From NCBI GenBank assembly GCA_021817605.1, contig JAKAUN010000011.1, positions 16,803 through 80,802 on the forward strand: 64,000 nucleotides of DNA, given 5' to 3'. Both the position numbers and the translations under genes were made by a program. Shown here in pieces: positions 26,908 through 36,533 of this stretch (position 1 is its first letter; each line of letters opens with the position of its first letter). Origin of the DNA: Thermoplasmata archaeon. Its GTDB lineage: Archaea > Thermoplasmatota > Thermoplasmata > Lutacidiplasmatales > UBA184. Under the pieces are notes generated by a model. That model was not told the DNA's origin, searched no databases, and was given only the letters and a program-made list of their open reading frames with translations.

Positions 26908-28119
26908 CTAGTCCGACCCGCGCGAGCCCGGCTCCAGCTCCCAGTACCAGCGCACCCGGCGCGAGCCGGTCTCCGCCACCCGGCGACGGACCTCGGCGGG
27001 GAGGCTCGAATCGCGCAAAAGCCGTCGGACCTCCTCGGGAGAGGAGGGGTGCGTGGAGGTCGCCACGCCGCTATCTTCCAGGATCGGCCGTAGGCGCTCG
27101 AGGGGGTACTGCCAGCTGATCTCCCGACGCCGCAGCGCCACGGCGCGGGAACCACGGACCCGGTGGAGGCCGAGCTCCTCGGCGGCGCGATGGAGCTCCT
27201 CGGCCGTGCGGGCCATCTCCTCGCCGAGGCGCCGCTCCTCGGCGCGGAGCTGGTCGAAGCGGTCGACCAACGCCCCCAGCCGCTCCTCCTCGGGAGGAGG
27301 CACCGGGCGGAACTCCGGGCAGAGGCTCTGGAACTCGCACCGCGCGCACGGGCGCCCGGGGGTCGGCTCGAACGCCTCCTCCCGGATGCCGTCCGCCACC
27401 TCTCCGAGGCGGACGTGCAGCGTCTCGAGCGCCGTCTTGGCCCTCGGCGGGGTGCCGAGCGGCGTCAGCGAACGGAGATGGTAGAGCGTGAGACGCTCGA
27501 CCGGCTCGCGGTAGTTCGCCTCGACCAGGACCTGGTAGAGCGCCAGCTGGTCGGATTCCCTCGCGTCCTCGTGCGAGAGCTCTCGGGAGGTCTTGTAGTC
27601 GAGGACCTCGAGGCCGCCGCCCGGCGTCCGGTCGATGCGGTCGATGTAGCCGTGGATCGGGATGCCGTCCCAGCGTGCCTCCAGGTGCTCTTCCACTCCG
27701 ACCGGCGTCGGAGGCCGCCGTTCGAGGAGCTCGCGATAGCCGAGCAGGAGGTTCTTGCCGAGGGCCTTGTAGCGCGCTTCCTCCTCGGGCGACGTGTAGC
27801 CCTCGGACGACCAGCTCCGGTCGTAGAACGCGAGGAGGTCCTCGGGAGAGAGGGTCCGCGGCGTCGGGGTCGGCGCCCCGGCGGCGGGTGCCCCCCAGTC
27901 GTGAAGGGTCGTCTGCGCCTCGCTCGACCCCCGGCGACGGCCCGTCGGCACGACGTAGGGCCGCACGAGCTCCTCGAGCACGGAGTGGACGACGCGGCCG
28001 AAGGTGAAGTAGCCCCTCGGCGCCTCCTTGCGCTTTTCGACGTAGAGGAACCGCCAGCGCAGCGGGCACTCGAGGTAGGTCCGGTACGATGAGTAGCTCA
28101 GAGGCGAGCCGGCCGCCAC
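26908..28119 (-). CDS. PD-(D/E)xK nuclease, Cas4/AddB-nuclease-domain family, with a roughly 130-aa C-terminal extension
   Basis: LSYSSYRTYLECPLRWRF, FGRVVHSVLE, HGYIDRIDR..LEVLDYKT, QLALYQVL and CARCEFQSLC are present (the 1+3 Cys FeS pattern). GTG 28119 was chosen and the start is uncertain. Confidence 0.7.
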   Translation of the reverse strand: MAAGSPLSYSSYRTYLECPLRWRFLYVEKRKEAPRGYFTFGRVVHSVLEELVRPYVVPTGRRRGSSEAQTTLHDWGAPAAGAPTPTPRTLSPEDLLAFYDRSWSSEGYTSPEEEARYKALGKNLLLGYRELLERRPPTPVGVEEHLEARWDGIPIHGYIDRIDRTPGGGLEVLDYKTSRELSHEDARESDQLALYQVLVEANYREPVERLTLYHLRSLTPLGTPPRAKTALETLHVRLGEVADGIREEAFEPTPGRPCARCEFQSLCPEFRPVPPPEEERLGALVDRFDQLRAEERRLGEEMARTAEELHRAAEELGLHRVRGSRAVALRRREISWQYPLERLRPILEDSGVATSTHPSSPEEVRRLLRDSSLPAEVRRRVAETGSRRVRWYWELEPGSRGSD

Positions 28120-28268
28120 GCGGGACGAGCCGCCCGGGGGTTCATCTCGTTTGGGGCCGAGGACCCGACCCGCCGAGCCTAGCTTAGCCACGGCCGAGGC
28201 CGCCGGCGGCCCTACGCCGCGCGCCGAGGCCGCGAGGGCCCGGCGCGCGGCGGTCCGAGGTGCGCCCC

Positions 28269-29354
28269 CTACTGGGCGCCGGCCGCCGACTCGGCCGCGA
28301 GCTTCTCCATCTCCTCGGTGGGCAGCGTGCCGCGGGCCTGCGGATTGGCGAGGTTCTTCGGCAGGCCGAGGAGGTCGAGCAGCTCCTTGTAGTGGTTGCG
28401 GATGGTCACGGGCGTCACGTTGGCGACCGCCGCGATGCGGTCCTGGCTCCTCGGCTCGCCCATGAGATTCGAGGCGATGTAGATGATCGTCGCCAGGATC
28501 CCGTTGGGGAGCACCCCGCTGGTCGAGTAGACCTGCTCGACCTGCTCGAGGAGCTGGAGGACCTTCTGGCGGACCTCCTTCGACAGGTTGAGGTCCTGCG
28601 TGAACCTCACCAGGTAGTCGCGCGGCTCCACCGGCTTGAGCCCGAGCTTGAGCTCGCGGGCGAGGAGCGTGTAGGCGCGTCCGACCTCGATCTTGGTCGC
28701 CTTGGAGTGGGCGATGATCTCCTTCATCGTCCGCGGAACGTGGCACTGGCGGCAGGCAGCGTAGACGCTCGCCGCGACCAGCGCGACGATCTTCTTGCCC
28801 CGGGTCGCCTTGTGCTCGAGGGCCCGGCGGTAGATGTACGTCGCCGACTCCTTGACCTCCCGGGAGAGGCCGAGAACGCCGGCAAGGCGGTTGAGCTCGC
28901 CGAGAGCGACGACCAGGTTGCGCTGGTGCGTGCGGGCGGCCCGCAGCCGGTGGTTGAGCTTCCGCAGGTGGTAGAACTTGAGGGAGGTGTTGCGGGAGAG
29001 CGAGTTGCCCTGGAAGTCGCGGGTCGGCACGCCGATCTCGCTGAAGAGCCCCTTGTCGGGCATCAGCGGGCTGATGACCGGGCCCCAGCCGCGCGCCTCG
29101 CGGCCGGTGTCCTCCTTGGAGCCGCGCTGACCGCGGTCGCTCACCAGAGCGCTCTGGTCGACGACGAGACCGCAGTCGGCGCAAACGATCTCGCCCCGGA
29201 TCTCGTCACGGATAAGGTGCGTCGAGCCGCAGTTCGGGCACGACTCCTCCTTCGGGCCGGTCGGGGCCTCGGAGTCGAGCGCGTCAGCAGGGTGAGAGAT
29301 AGAGGAGGACGAACGCTTGCGGGGGCTCTCCGAGGACCGGGGTGTGCGTGCCAT
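28269..29354 (-). CDS. tfb: Transcription initiation factor IIB (TFB)
   Basis: The zinc ribbon CPNCGSTHLIRDEIRGEIVCADCG is followed by two cyclin-like repeats. Confidence 0.95.
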   Translation of the reverse strand: MARTPRSSESPRKRSSSSISHPADALDSEAPTGPKEESCPNCGSTHLIRDEIRGEIVCADCGLVVDQSALVSDRGQRGSKEDTGREARGWGPVISPLMPDKGLFSEIGVPTRDFQGNSLSRNTSLKFYHLRKLNHRLRAARTHQRNLVVALGELNRLAGVLGLSREVKESATYIYRRALEHKATRGKKIVALVAASVYAACRQCHVPRTMKEIIAHSKATKIEVGRAYTLLARELKLGLKPVEPRDYLVRFTQDLNLSKEVRQKVLQLLEQVEQVYSTSGVLPNGILATIIYIASNLMGEPRSQDRIAAVANVTPVTIRNHYKELLDLLGLPKNLANPQARGTLPTEEMEKLAAESAAGAQ

Positions 29355-29381
29355 GGTTCGTATCGGTCCGTAAAGGGGGGG

Positions 29382-29391
29382 ATTATTTATA
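29382..29391 (-). promoter_or_regulatory. TATA box of tfb (minus strand TATAAATAAT), 28 nt from the ATG, suggesting a leaderless mRNA
   Basis: This is the strongest A/T element in the window and lies in the 120-nt gap between the trmB-like stop and the tfb start. Confidence 0.6.
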
Positions 29392-29414
29392 CCTTGGGTG
29401 AACCGTGTAGCGAT

Positions 29415-29424
29415 TGTAATTACA
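29415..29424. promoter_or_regulatory. Perfect 10-bp palindrome TGTAATTACA just upstream of the tfb TATA box
   Basis: Read directly from the sequence. Its role as a candidate regulator-binding site is inferred. Confidence 0.35.
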
Positions 29425-29474
29425 TTTGCAACAAGACACCCCTGCCACAGCCTAGCGTGGGCCGGTCGCGGGCG

Positions 29475-30749
29475 CTAACCGCCGGTCGCGACGAAGAGGC
29501 AGCCTCGTGAGGCATGCTTGGTGGGATCGGGCTTGGAGACCCCCCAGCGTTGTCCGAGCCGCGCCTCGAGCACCGCGCGCAGCAACTGCGGGCACATCTC
29601 CCGGCCGATCTCCGGCGACTCGGAGGTGCAGGCGAAGCAGCCGTTCACCCGCAGGGTGAGCGGCTTGTCCCGCACGACGGAGAGCCGCCCCATCGTATGC
29701 GTCGCGTAGTAGCGGGCGAGCGATACCACGACCTCCTCGGGAGTGTGGCCCTCGACCTCGGCGGCGATCTCGCGGCCGAGCTGGCGGGCGATCGTTCCGA
29801 TGAGGTCGGGAAGGTCGAGCTGGAACGACCTAACCCCCGAGACGCGCATCCCGAGGCGGGTGATCTCCTTGAGCCGCTGGAACGGAACCGTCTCCTTGCC
29901 GGCCACCACCGGTAGCACGGCGGTCGGAGGGTCCTCGATCTCGACGAACCTAGCCTCCGCGAGCTCGCCGGCCGCCCAGAGGCGCCGGTGACGCTGGCGA
30001 GCCGTGGCCACGAACGCCGGGGCGGAGGACCAGACGGCCACCGACTCCACCGGCGCGGGGTCGGCGCCGCCGTCGCCCCCGACGTAGACGACGGCTCCGC
30101 TCCCATCGAGGACGATCGCGCGGCCGAAGACCGGGGTCGGGGAGTGGCGCATCTCGAGCAGGCCGGCGAAATGCTTGGCCTCGGTGAGGTTCGCCCGATG
30201 GACGTCGGTGACCAGGCGCACCTTGACGCCCCGGCCGGCCGCCGCACGGAGCGCCCGGTCGAACCCGCCGTCGATCCAGCCGGCGAGCGAGGAGCCGTCC
30301 GCGACGAGGAGGATCTCGCGCTCGGCGGTGCCCACGTGGGTGCGCACGAAGCGGCGGATCGCCTCGGAGCTGTCGAGGATGGCGAACTTCCTCGGGTCCT
30401 TCTCCCCGACGTCCGCGCGGACCGATTCGAGGTCGGCGAGGAGCTTTGGCCGGTCGTGCTCGAGACGACGGAGCTGCTCGGAGGCCGTCTGCACCCAGCG
30501 ATCGAGCAGCTGTCCGGGCGAGAGGGCGGCGAAATGCTGCGGTCGCCCGCCGGTCGTCTCGAGCAGCCCGCCGGCGACCAGCTCTTTGATGATGCGGTAG
30601 GCCTCGACACGGTGGATCGCCGAGAGGCGGGCGAGCTCGCTCGCCGTCACCGGCCCGGCACGCCACGCAGCGAGGTAGAGCCGCGCCCCTTTCTCCGCGA
30701 CCCCGTGGTCGCCGAGAAGCTGGAGGAGGTCGGCGCCCGGGCGGCTCAC
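29475..30749 (-). CDS. TrmB-family transcriptional regulator fused to a C-terminal V4R (4-vinyl-reductase-like) small-molecule-binding domain
   Basis: The N-terminal wHTH is GARLYLAAWRAGPVTASELARLSAIHRVEAYRIIKELVAGGLL. The middle is a TrmB effector-like domain. The C-terminus LTLRVNGCFACTS..GREMCPQLLRAVLEARLG is V4R-like. Confidence 0.7.
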   Translation of the reverse strand: MSRPGADLLQLLGDHGVAEKGARLYLAAWRAGPVTASELARLSAIHRVEAYRIIKELVAGGLLETTGGRPQHFAALSPGQLLDRWVQTASEQLRRLEHDRPKLLADLESVRADVGEKDPRKFAILDSSEAIRRFVRTHVGTAEREILLVADGSSLAGWIDGGFDRALRAAAGRGVKVRLVTDVHRANLTEAKHFAGLLEMRHSPTPVFGRAIVLDGSGAVVYVGGDGGADPAPVESVAVWSSAPAFVATARQRHRRLWAAGELAEARFVEIEDPPTAVLPVVAGKETVPFQRLKEITRLGMRVSGVRSFQLDLPDLIGTIARQLGREIAAEVEGHTPEEVVVSLARYYATHTMGRLSVVRDKPLTLRVNGCFACTSESPEIGREMCPQLLRAVLEARLGQRWGVSKPDPTKHASRGCLFVATGG

Positions 30750-30866
30750 GGAGTGGGAAGACCGGCGGCCGATAAGACGCTAAGGGCGAGGATCGCCCAC
30801 GCGGCATGGAGGGGCGAGCTTTTCTACGCCACGAACCGACGGGCCGCCGGTCCAAACCGCCGGTCC

Positions 30867-31523
30867 CTACAGCGCAGCCTGGAAGTCCTCGATCGAGAGG
30901 GGGAACTCGACCTCGGCGCCGCCGGCTCGCGAGCGCAGCACCTCGCGGGCGAGCAGCCAGTAGACCGTGGCGAGCGCGACGCGGCCCTTGTTGTTCGCCG
31001 GGATCACGAGGTCGACATTGCGGGTCTCGTTGTTGACGTCGCACAGCCCGAAGACGGGGATGCCGATCGAGACGGCCTCGCTGAGCGCCTGCCGGTCGGT
31101 CGCCGGGTCGGTGACGAGGAGGATCTTGGGCTCGATGTACTCAGGCAGGTTGGGGTTGGTGAGGCAGCCGGGGACGAACCGCTCGGAAAAGGAGATCGCG
31201 CCGACCGCCCGGGAGAAGACACGGACCGGCTTCTGGCCGTACTGGCGCTGGGAGACGGCGAGGATGCGCTCGCCGGGATATCGCGCGAGGGCCTGCGCCG
31301 CGAGGCGGATGCGGCGGTCGGTCTCCCGCACGTCCAACACGTGGAGGCCGTCAAAGCGGACCTTGTAGACGAACCGGCGCATCGACGCCGACTTTTGCTG
31401 GGTGCCGATGTGCACCCCCGAGGTGAGATAGGTGTCCTCGGGGACCAGGAGCTCGCCGGGTCGGATGTCCTGGCCTTCGCCCTCCTCGCGGGGAGGCTCG
31501 CTCACCGTCTCGTCGTCCGCCAT
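30867..31523 (-). CDS. rps2: 30S ribosomal protein S2
   Basis: The ATG at 31523 gives [26 protein letters not shown] and [11 protein letters not shown] are present. Confidence 0.92.
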   Translation of the reverse strand: MADDETVSEPPREEGEGQDIRPGELLVPEDTYLTSGVHIGTQQKSASMRRFVYKVRFDGLHVLDVRETDRRIRLAAQALARYPGERILAVSQRQYGQKPVRVFSRAVGAISFSERFVPGCLTNPNLPEYIEPKILLVTDPATDRQALSEAVSIGIPVFGLCDVNNETRNVDLVIPANNKGRVALATVYWLLAREVLRSRAGGAEVEFPLSIEDFQAAL

Positions 31524-31527
31524 CGTC

Positions 31528-32739
31528 CTACGTTCGCGCGGGGCGGCCGAGCCGCAGGAGTTCATTTAGCTTTGCCGCCCGCTCGCCTCCGAGGAGCCCG
31601 CACTTGAGCCCCGCCGCCCCCGAGGCGACGGCGAACTGCGCGAGCCAGCCCTCCGGCAGGTCGCCGGAGCGGTGGCTCGTCACCGTCGCGAGGCCCCGGG
31701 AGCGCGCGAGGTCGACCGTGGCCAGGGTGTCGGTGAGCGTGCCGGTCTGGTTGACCTTGATGAGGACGGCGTTGGTTGACCCCGCGGCGAGCCCCTGCTC
31801 GAGGCGGGAGACCCGCGAGACGAACAGGTCGTCCCCGACGACCTGGACGCGAGCGCCGACGGCCCGGGTGAGCTCGGCGAAGAGGCCGAACGCCTCCTGG
31901 TCGAACGGGTCCTCGACGTAGGCGAGCCCGTAGCGGTCGACCAGGCCGCTCACGAACCCGAGCTGGCCTTCCCCGTCCAGCGTCTGCTCGCGGTAGCGGT
32001 AGCGGCCGTCCCGGTAGAACTCGCTCGCCGCAAGGTCGAGCCCCGGGCGCACGTCCACCTTGAGCTCGTCGTGGGCCCGGGCGCAGGCGTCGGCCAGGAT
32101 CTCGAGCGCCTCGATGTTGCCGATCGAGGCGACCCACCCGCCCTCGTCGCCGCGTCCGAGGGCGCTTTGGGGCTGGCGCTTGCGGAGCGCCTCGCCGACC
32201 AGAGCGTGGACCCGGAGGGCGGCGGCAACCGACTCCTCCGGGGTCCGGCCGCGGGCGATGGCGTGGAACTCCTGGATGTCCGGCCCGCCGATGGCATGGC
32301 GTCCGCCGTTGAGGCAATTGCCGACGATCGCCGGGAAACTCGTCCCGTTCACGCCGGGGCGGGCGAGAAGGCGCCAGAGAGGCATCCCGCGCTCGACGCT
32401 GAGCGCGATCGCCGTCGCGAGCGAGATCGCCGTGGCCGTATTGCCGCCGATCTCCCGGAAGTCCGAGGAACGGTCGACGGCGTGGAGGCTCGCGTCGACC
32501 GCCGCCAGATCGGCCTCCCGACCGTGAAGCGCCGGTCGCACCCTCGTCTCGAAGGCTCGGAGCGCCTCGTCAACGCCACCGTCCGGAAACGCACGAGCCT
32601 CGTGGACGCCGGTGCTCGCCCCGCTCGGGGCGCCGGCACGTCCCCGCGCTCCCGAGTCGAGGACGACCGTCGCTTCGACCGTCCATTGGCCGCGGCTGTC
32701 GAGGATGCGGTCGAGGGCGACCGAGCTCAGGCGGCTCAC
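31528..32739 (-). CDS. eno: Enolase
   Basis: The GTG at 32739 overlaps the mce stop (GTGA). [31 protein letters not shown] and SHRSGD are present. Confidence 0.9.
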   Translation of the reverse strand: MSRLSSVALDRILDSRGQWTVEATVVLDSGARGRAGAPSGASTGVHEARAFPDGGVDEALRAFETRVRPALHGREADLAAVDASLHAVDRSSDFREIGGNTATAISLATAIALSVERGMPLWRLLARPGVNGTSFPAIVGNCLNGGRHAIGGPDIQEFHAIARGRTPEESVAAALRVHALVGEALRKRQPQSALGRGDEGGWVASIGNIEALEILADACARAHDELKVDVRPGLDLAASEFYRDGRYRYREQTLDGEGQLGFVSGLVDRYGLAYVEDPFDQEAFGLFAELTRAVGARVQVVGDDLFVSRVSRLEQGLAAGSTNAVLIKVNQTGTLTDTLATVDLARSRGLATVTSHRSGDLPEGWLAQFAVASGAAGLKCGLLGGERAAKLNELLRLGRPART

Positions 32740-33131
32740 GGGCCCTCCACGAACTCGACCAGGACCCCGCCGAAGGCGGACGGATGGGCGAAGCCGACCC
32801 TCCGCCCGCGGGCGCCGGGTCGGGAGACAGCGTCCACGACCTTCTCGCCGCGGCCGACCAGGCCGGAGAGCTCGCGGTCGACGCTGGGGACCCGGAAGGC
32901 GAGATGGTGGATACCCTCGCCACGCTTGTCGAGGAACTTTGCGACGGCGCTCTCGGAGGATGTCGGCTCGAGCAGCTCGACGTGGGAACTCCCCGCCGAG
33001 AGGAAAGCGACCCGCACGTTCTGGGAGGGAACGTCCTCCGGCGGGCCGTCGGACGGACCCAGGAGCCGCTGCCAGGTCGTGAGGGACCGGTCGAGCTCCC
33101 TCACCGCGATGCCCACGTGATCGAGCTCCAT
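32736..33131 (-). CDS. mce: Methylmalonyl-CoA epimerase (VOC/glyoxalase fold)
   Basis: MELDHVGIAV, HVELLEP and GEGIHHLAFRV are present. It lies directly downstream of the mutase large subunit. Confidence 0.85.
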   Translation of the reverse strand: MELDHVGIAVRELDRSLTTWQRLLGPSDGPPEDVPSQNVRVAFLSAGSSHVELLEPTSSESAVAKFLDKRGEGIHHLAFRVPSVDRELSGLVGRGEKVVDAVSRPGARGRRVGFAHPSAFGGVLVEFVEGP

Positions 33132-33142
33132 CGTTCCGTCTC

Positions 33143-34819
33143 CTAGAAGGTCCGGGAGGCGGGCTGCTCGCCGAAGAGGCTACGCCACAGGCCCGCGATC
33201 TCGCCGAGGGTGGCTCCCGCGGAGACCGCTTCGAGCACGGCAGGGACCACGTTGGCTCCCTGGGTGGTGCGGAGCTCCAGCCGGCGGAGCGTGTCACGGA
33301 CGGCCGAGGCGTCGCGCTCCGCGCGCCAGCGACGCAGCCGGGCGAGCTGGCGGCCCTCCTCGCGAGGGTCGATCCGCTCGCCGCGCATGCCCGCGACCTC
33401 CCCCGGAAAGAGCGAGAACCCCGGACGGCCCTCGGTGAGCTCGTTCACGCCGACCACGAGCTCCGAGCGCTCCTCGCGGGCGCGGGCGACCCGGTAGGCC
33501 TCGCGGGCGATCTCCCCCTGGGGGTAGCCGCGCTCGATCGCCGCGGCGGCGCCGCCGAGCTCCTCGATGCGGTCGAGGTACTCCTGCGCCTCCCGCTCGA
33601 CCTGGTCGGTCGCGTACTCGATAGCGTAGGAGCCTCCCAGCGGGTCGACGGTGTGCGTGACTCCGGACTCCTCGGAGAGGATCTGCTGGGTCCGCAGCGC
33701 GAGGCGCGCGGACGGCTCGGTCGGTAGGCCGAGCGCCTCGTCGAGCGCGTTGGTGTGCATCGACTGCGTCCCGCCGAGGACCGCGGCCAGCCCCTCGAGG
33801 GTCGTCCGTATGACGTTGAGCTCGGGCTGCTGGGCGGTGAGCGACGAGCCGGCGGTCTGGGTGTGGAACCTCAGCTGCTGGGAGCGCGCGCTCTTCGAGC
33901 CGAACGTCTCGCGGACGATCCGCGCCCAGAGACGTCGCGCCGCGCGGAACTTGCCGATCTCCTCGAGCAGGTGGATGTCCGCCGAGAAGAAGAACGACAC
34001 GCGCGGAAGGAACTCGTCGACGTCCAGCCCGCGGTCGCGGACCGCGCGGACGTAGGCGATCGCGTTGGCGAGGGTGAAGCCGACCTCCTGGGACGCGGTC
34101 GCCCCGGCCTCGCGCAGGTGGTAGCCCGAGACCGAGATCGGGTTGAACTGCGGCATCTCCCGCGTCGAGAACTCGATGAGGTCGACCGTCAGGCGCATCG
34201 ACGCCTCGGGCGGGTAGATGTACGTCCCGCGGGCGATGTACTCCTTGAGGACGTCGTTCTGCACCGTGCCTCCGAGGCGCGCGCGGGAGACACCGCCCTC
34301 CTCGGCGACGGCGAGGAGGAGCGGCAAGAGGATCGGAGCGGTCGCGTTGATCGTCATCGAGACCGTAGCACGGTCGAGGGGGATCCCGGCGAAGAGGAGC
34401 CGCATGTCCCCCAGCGAGGAGATCGGGACGCCGCAACGGCCGACCTCCCCCTGCGACCGCGCATGATCCGGGTCGAACCCGTTCTGGGTAGGCAGGTCGA
34501 AGGCGACCGATAGCCCGGTTTGCCCGCTGTCGAGCAGGTAGCGGAACCGCGCGTTGGTCGCCTCCGCGCTGCCGAAGCCAGAGTACTGGCGCATCGTCCA
34601 GAGCCGACCGCGGTACATCGTCGGCTGGATGCCCCGCGTGTACGGGGCCTGTCCCGGGAAGCCGACCTTCTCGAGGAACTCGCGATCCGGCTCCGTGGGG
34701 GGTCCCACGAGGAGCGGGAGCTGCCCTCCCTTCGCCCGCGCGCCGATCGCCCGGCGCGCCTCGCGCTGCCAGCGTCGGGCGTCGGGCAAGCCACGCCTCT
34801 GCCGGCGCGCAGGGCTCAT
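33143..34819 (-). CDS. mcmA: Methylmalonyl-CoA mutase, large (catalytic, substrate-binding) subunit
   Basis: FPGQAPYTRGIQPTMYRGRLWTMRQYSGFGSAEATNARFRYLL..GQTGLSVAFDLPTQ is present. It has no B12 domain, which is encoded at 4299-4715. Confidence 0.93.
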   Translation of the reverse strand: MSPARRQRRGLPDARRWQREARRAIGARAKGGQLPLLVGPPTEPDREFLEKVGFPGQAPYTRGIQPTMYRGRLWTMRQYSGFGSAEATNARFRYLLDSGQTGLSVAFDLPTQNGFDPDHARSQGEVGRCGVPISSLGDMRLLFAGIPLDRATVSMTINATAPILLPLLLAVAEEGGVSRARLGGTVQNDVLKEYIARGTYIYPPEASMRLTVDLIEFSTREMPQFNPISVSGYHLREAGATASQEVGFTLANAIAYVRAVRDRGLDVDEFLPRVSFFFSADIHLLEEIGKFRAARRLWARIVRETFGSKSARSQQLRFHTQTAGSSLTAQQPELNVIRTTLEGLAAVLGGTQSMHTNALDEALGLPTEPSARLALRTQQILSEESGVTHTVDPLGGSYAIEYATDQVEREAQEYLDRIEELGGAAAAIERGYPQGEIAREAYRVARAREERSELVVGVNELTEGRPGFSLFPGEVAGMRGERIDPREEGRQLARLRRWRAERDASAVRDTLRRLELRTTQGANVVPAVLEAVSAGATLGEIAGLWRSLFGEQPASRTF

Positions 34820-34842
34820 CGCACGACGACCGGGACGCCGTA

Positions 34843-36531
34843 TTAAGCCGTGTCGCGGCCGCCAGTGAGCGGCCAGAGGGCGGAGAGGTCGACCTCCGCC
34901 CAGACGACGGGCACCGGCACGCCCATCTCAACGAGGAGCTTGGGATGGACCTCGCCGAACTCCGCGACGGGCTCGCCCGCGACCCGGACGCGGGCCGCCC
35001 GGCCGGGGATCGTGCCGGGAAGCTCCGCCGGCTCGCGCACGGAGCCCACGTCGAGGGCGCGCAAGAGATAGTCGACCAGGCTGGCGGCCTCGGCGAACCC
35101 CTGGCCCTCCCCGGCGAGGAGGGCGGAGGCGTGGTAGCGCGTCGCCGCACCGGTCTCGGCGTCGGAGGAGCGGACGACGACCGGCCCGACCTCGGCGAAC
35201 CTCTGCGGGTAGCCGTGGCGGGTGTTGCGCTCGAGGACCTCGAGGTGGGAGAGGAAGAGGCGGTCCCGCAGGTAGGCGAGCTCCCGGGAGACCGGGTTCG
35301 ACAGGTGCAGCGCCCCGCTCTCGGAGAGCCTTTGGACCGACGCCTCCGAGACGAGGACGGGAGTGTGCGGCTGCTGGAACCCGAGCCCCAGGAGGAGCCG
35401 GCCGACGCGGCGACGGAAGGCGGTCTCGGGCCGACGGCGCCCGCGCGTCGGGCTCGGCGGGACGATCCCGACCTCGGCCTTGACCTCCCGGGCAAGGAGG
35501 ACGTCCTCGGCAACGTCGACCCCCGTGAGGAGGTCCCCCCGCCACGGCGGCACGGCGACCTTCCAGCCGCCCTTGGCCCGCCGCGCGGAGAGGCGGGCGC
35601 GGGCGATCCGCTCCACGACCTCGGAAGCGGCCCACGCCTCTCCCGAGATCGAGCGCACGGTCGCCGCCTCCAGCTCCACCGTGCGGACCCCCACCAGCGA
35701 CGCCCCGTCGTCGACGGCGCCGTTTGCGTGCTCGACCGGTACCGGCTGGAGCGACCAGCCTCTCGAGGCGAAGACGACCAGGAGGAGCCCGAGGCCCTCG
35801 CGCACGCTCCGCTCGCGGGTTCCCGTGGCCTCGAGAAGCAGGACCCGGTCGCCGACCCGCGCCTCTCCGGCGTTGGCGCTGTTGAGCACCGGAGGGAGGC
35901 TGAGCAGCGCCCCGGTCCCGTCCCGGAGCGTAAGGCAGCTCTCTCCCGAAAGACCGAGGCTCCCGTAGCGCGCCGCCATCGGGTCCTCGGCGAAGAACCG
36001 CGCCGCCGGTAGCTCGTCGCTGCCGTGCAGCGGGACGAAGCGGACGGAGGCGAGCGGCTCCGCGGCGTAGCGGATCGGGCCGACGAGGCGACGGGCCGGG
36101 TAGATCCCGAGGCTCATCGCCCGGCGGTCACGCCCGATCGTCGCATGGAGCATCTCCTGGAAGCGGACGGCCTCGGCGAGGAGACTTTCGTCCAGGCGCT
36201 TTCCCGTCGGGGCCCGGACGACGACTCCCGCGAGGTGCGGGCGCAGCGCTCCGACCGACGTCTCGACACGCATCCCGAGACCCCGGGCGCGCGCGCGTCG
36301 CAGCGGCACGATCCCCCGCGCCGCTCCGACGGCGCCGGCGAGCCAGGCGGCGAGCCCTCCTTCGGAGAGGAGGTCGAGACGGTCGGGCGTCACGGAGACG
36401 GCGAGACGGTCGCCCTCGCGGCCTTCGACCTCCGCCTTGGAGGAAAAGAGGCTCTCCACGAGCGCCTCGGGGGTCATGGGGGAGGGAAGGAGCTCCTGGA
36501 CGCGGCCGAGCGAGAGCGTCGAGCGCGGCAC
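34843..36531 (-). CDS. pheT: Phenylalanine--tRNA ligase beta subunit (archaeal type)
   Basis: The GTG at 36531 lies 2 nt after the pheS stop. The archaeal PheT layout is present: B1/B3-4 domains, and a C-terminal catalytic-like fold with RYHASALLAG.. Confidence 0.85.
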   Translation of the reverse strand: MPRSTLSLGRVQELLPSPMTPEALVESLFSSKAEVEGREGDRLAVSVTPDRLDLLSEGGLAAWLAGAVGAARGIVPLRRARARGLGMRVETSVGALRPHLAGVVVRAPTGKRLDESLLAEAVRFQEMLHATIGRDRRAMSLGIYPARRLVGPIRYAAEPLASVRFVPLHGSDELPAARFFAEDPMAARYGSLGLSGESCLTLRDGTGALLSLPPVLNSANAGEARVGDRVLLLEATGTRERSVREGLGLLLVVFASRGWSLQPVPVEHANGAVDDGASLVGVRTVELEAATVRSISGEAWAASEVVERIARARLSARRAKGGWKVAVPPWRGDLLTGVDVAEDVLLAREVKAEVGIVPPSPTRGRRRPETAFRRRVGRLLLGLGFQQPHTPVLVSEASVQRLSESGALHLSNPVSRELAYLRDRLFLSHLEVLERNTRHGYPQRFAEVGPVVVRSSDAETGAATRYHASALLAGEGQGFAEAASLVDYLLRALDVGSVREPAELPGTIPGRAARVRVAGEPVAEFGEVHPKLLVEMGVPVPVVWAEVDLSALWPLTGGRDTA

Positions 36532-36533
36532 GG

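Noticed and set aside
16837-28119. The two Cas4-like nucleases as remnants of a CRISPR-Cas locus.
   Set aside because: No cas1, cas2 or effector genes, and no repeat-spacer array, occur anywhere in the 64 kb. The intervening genes are housekeeping.
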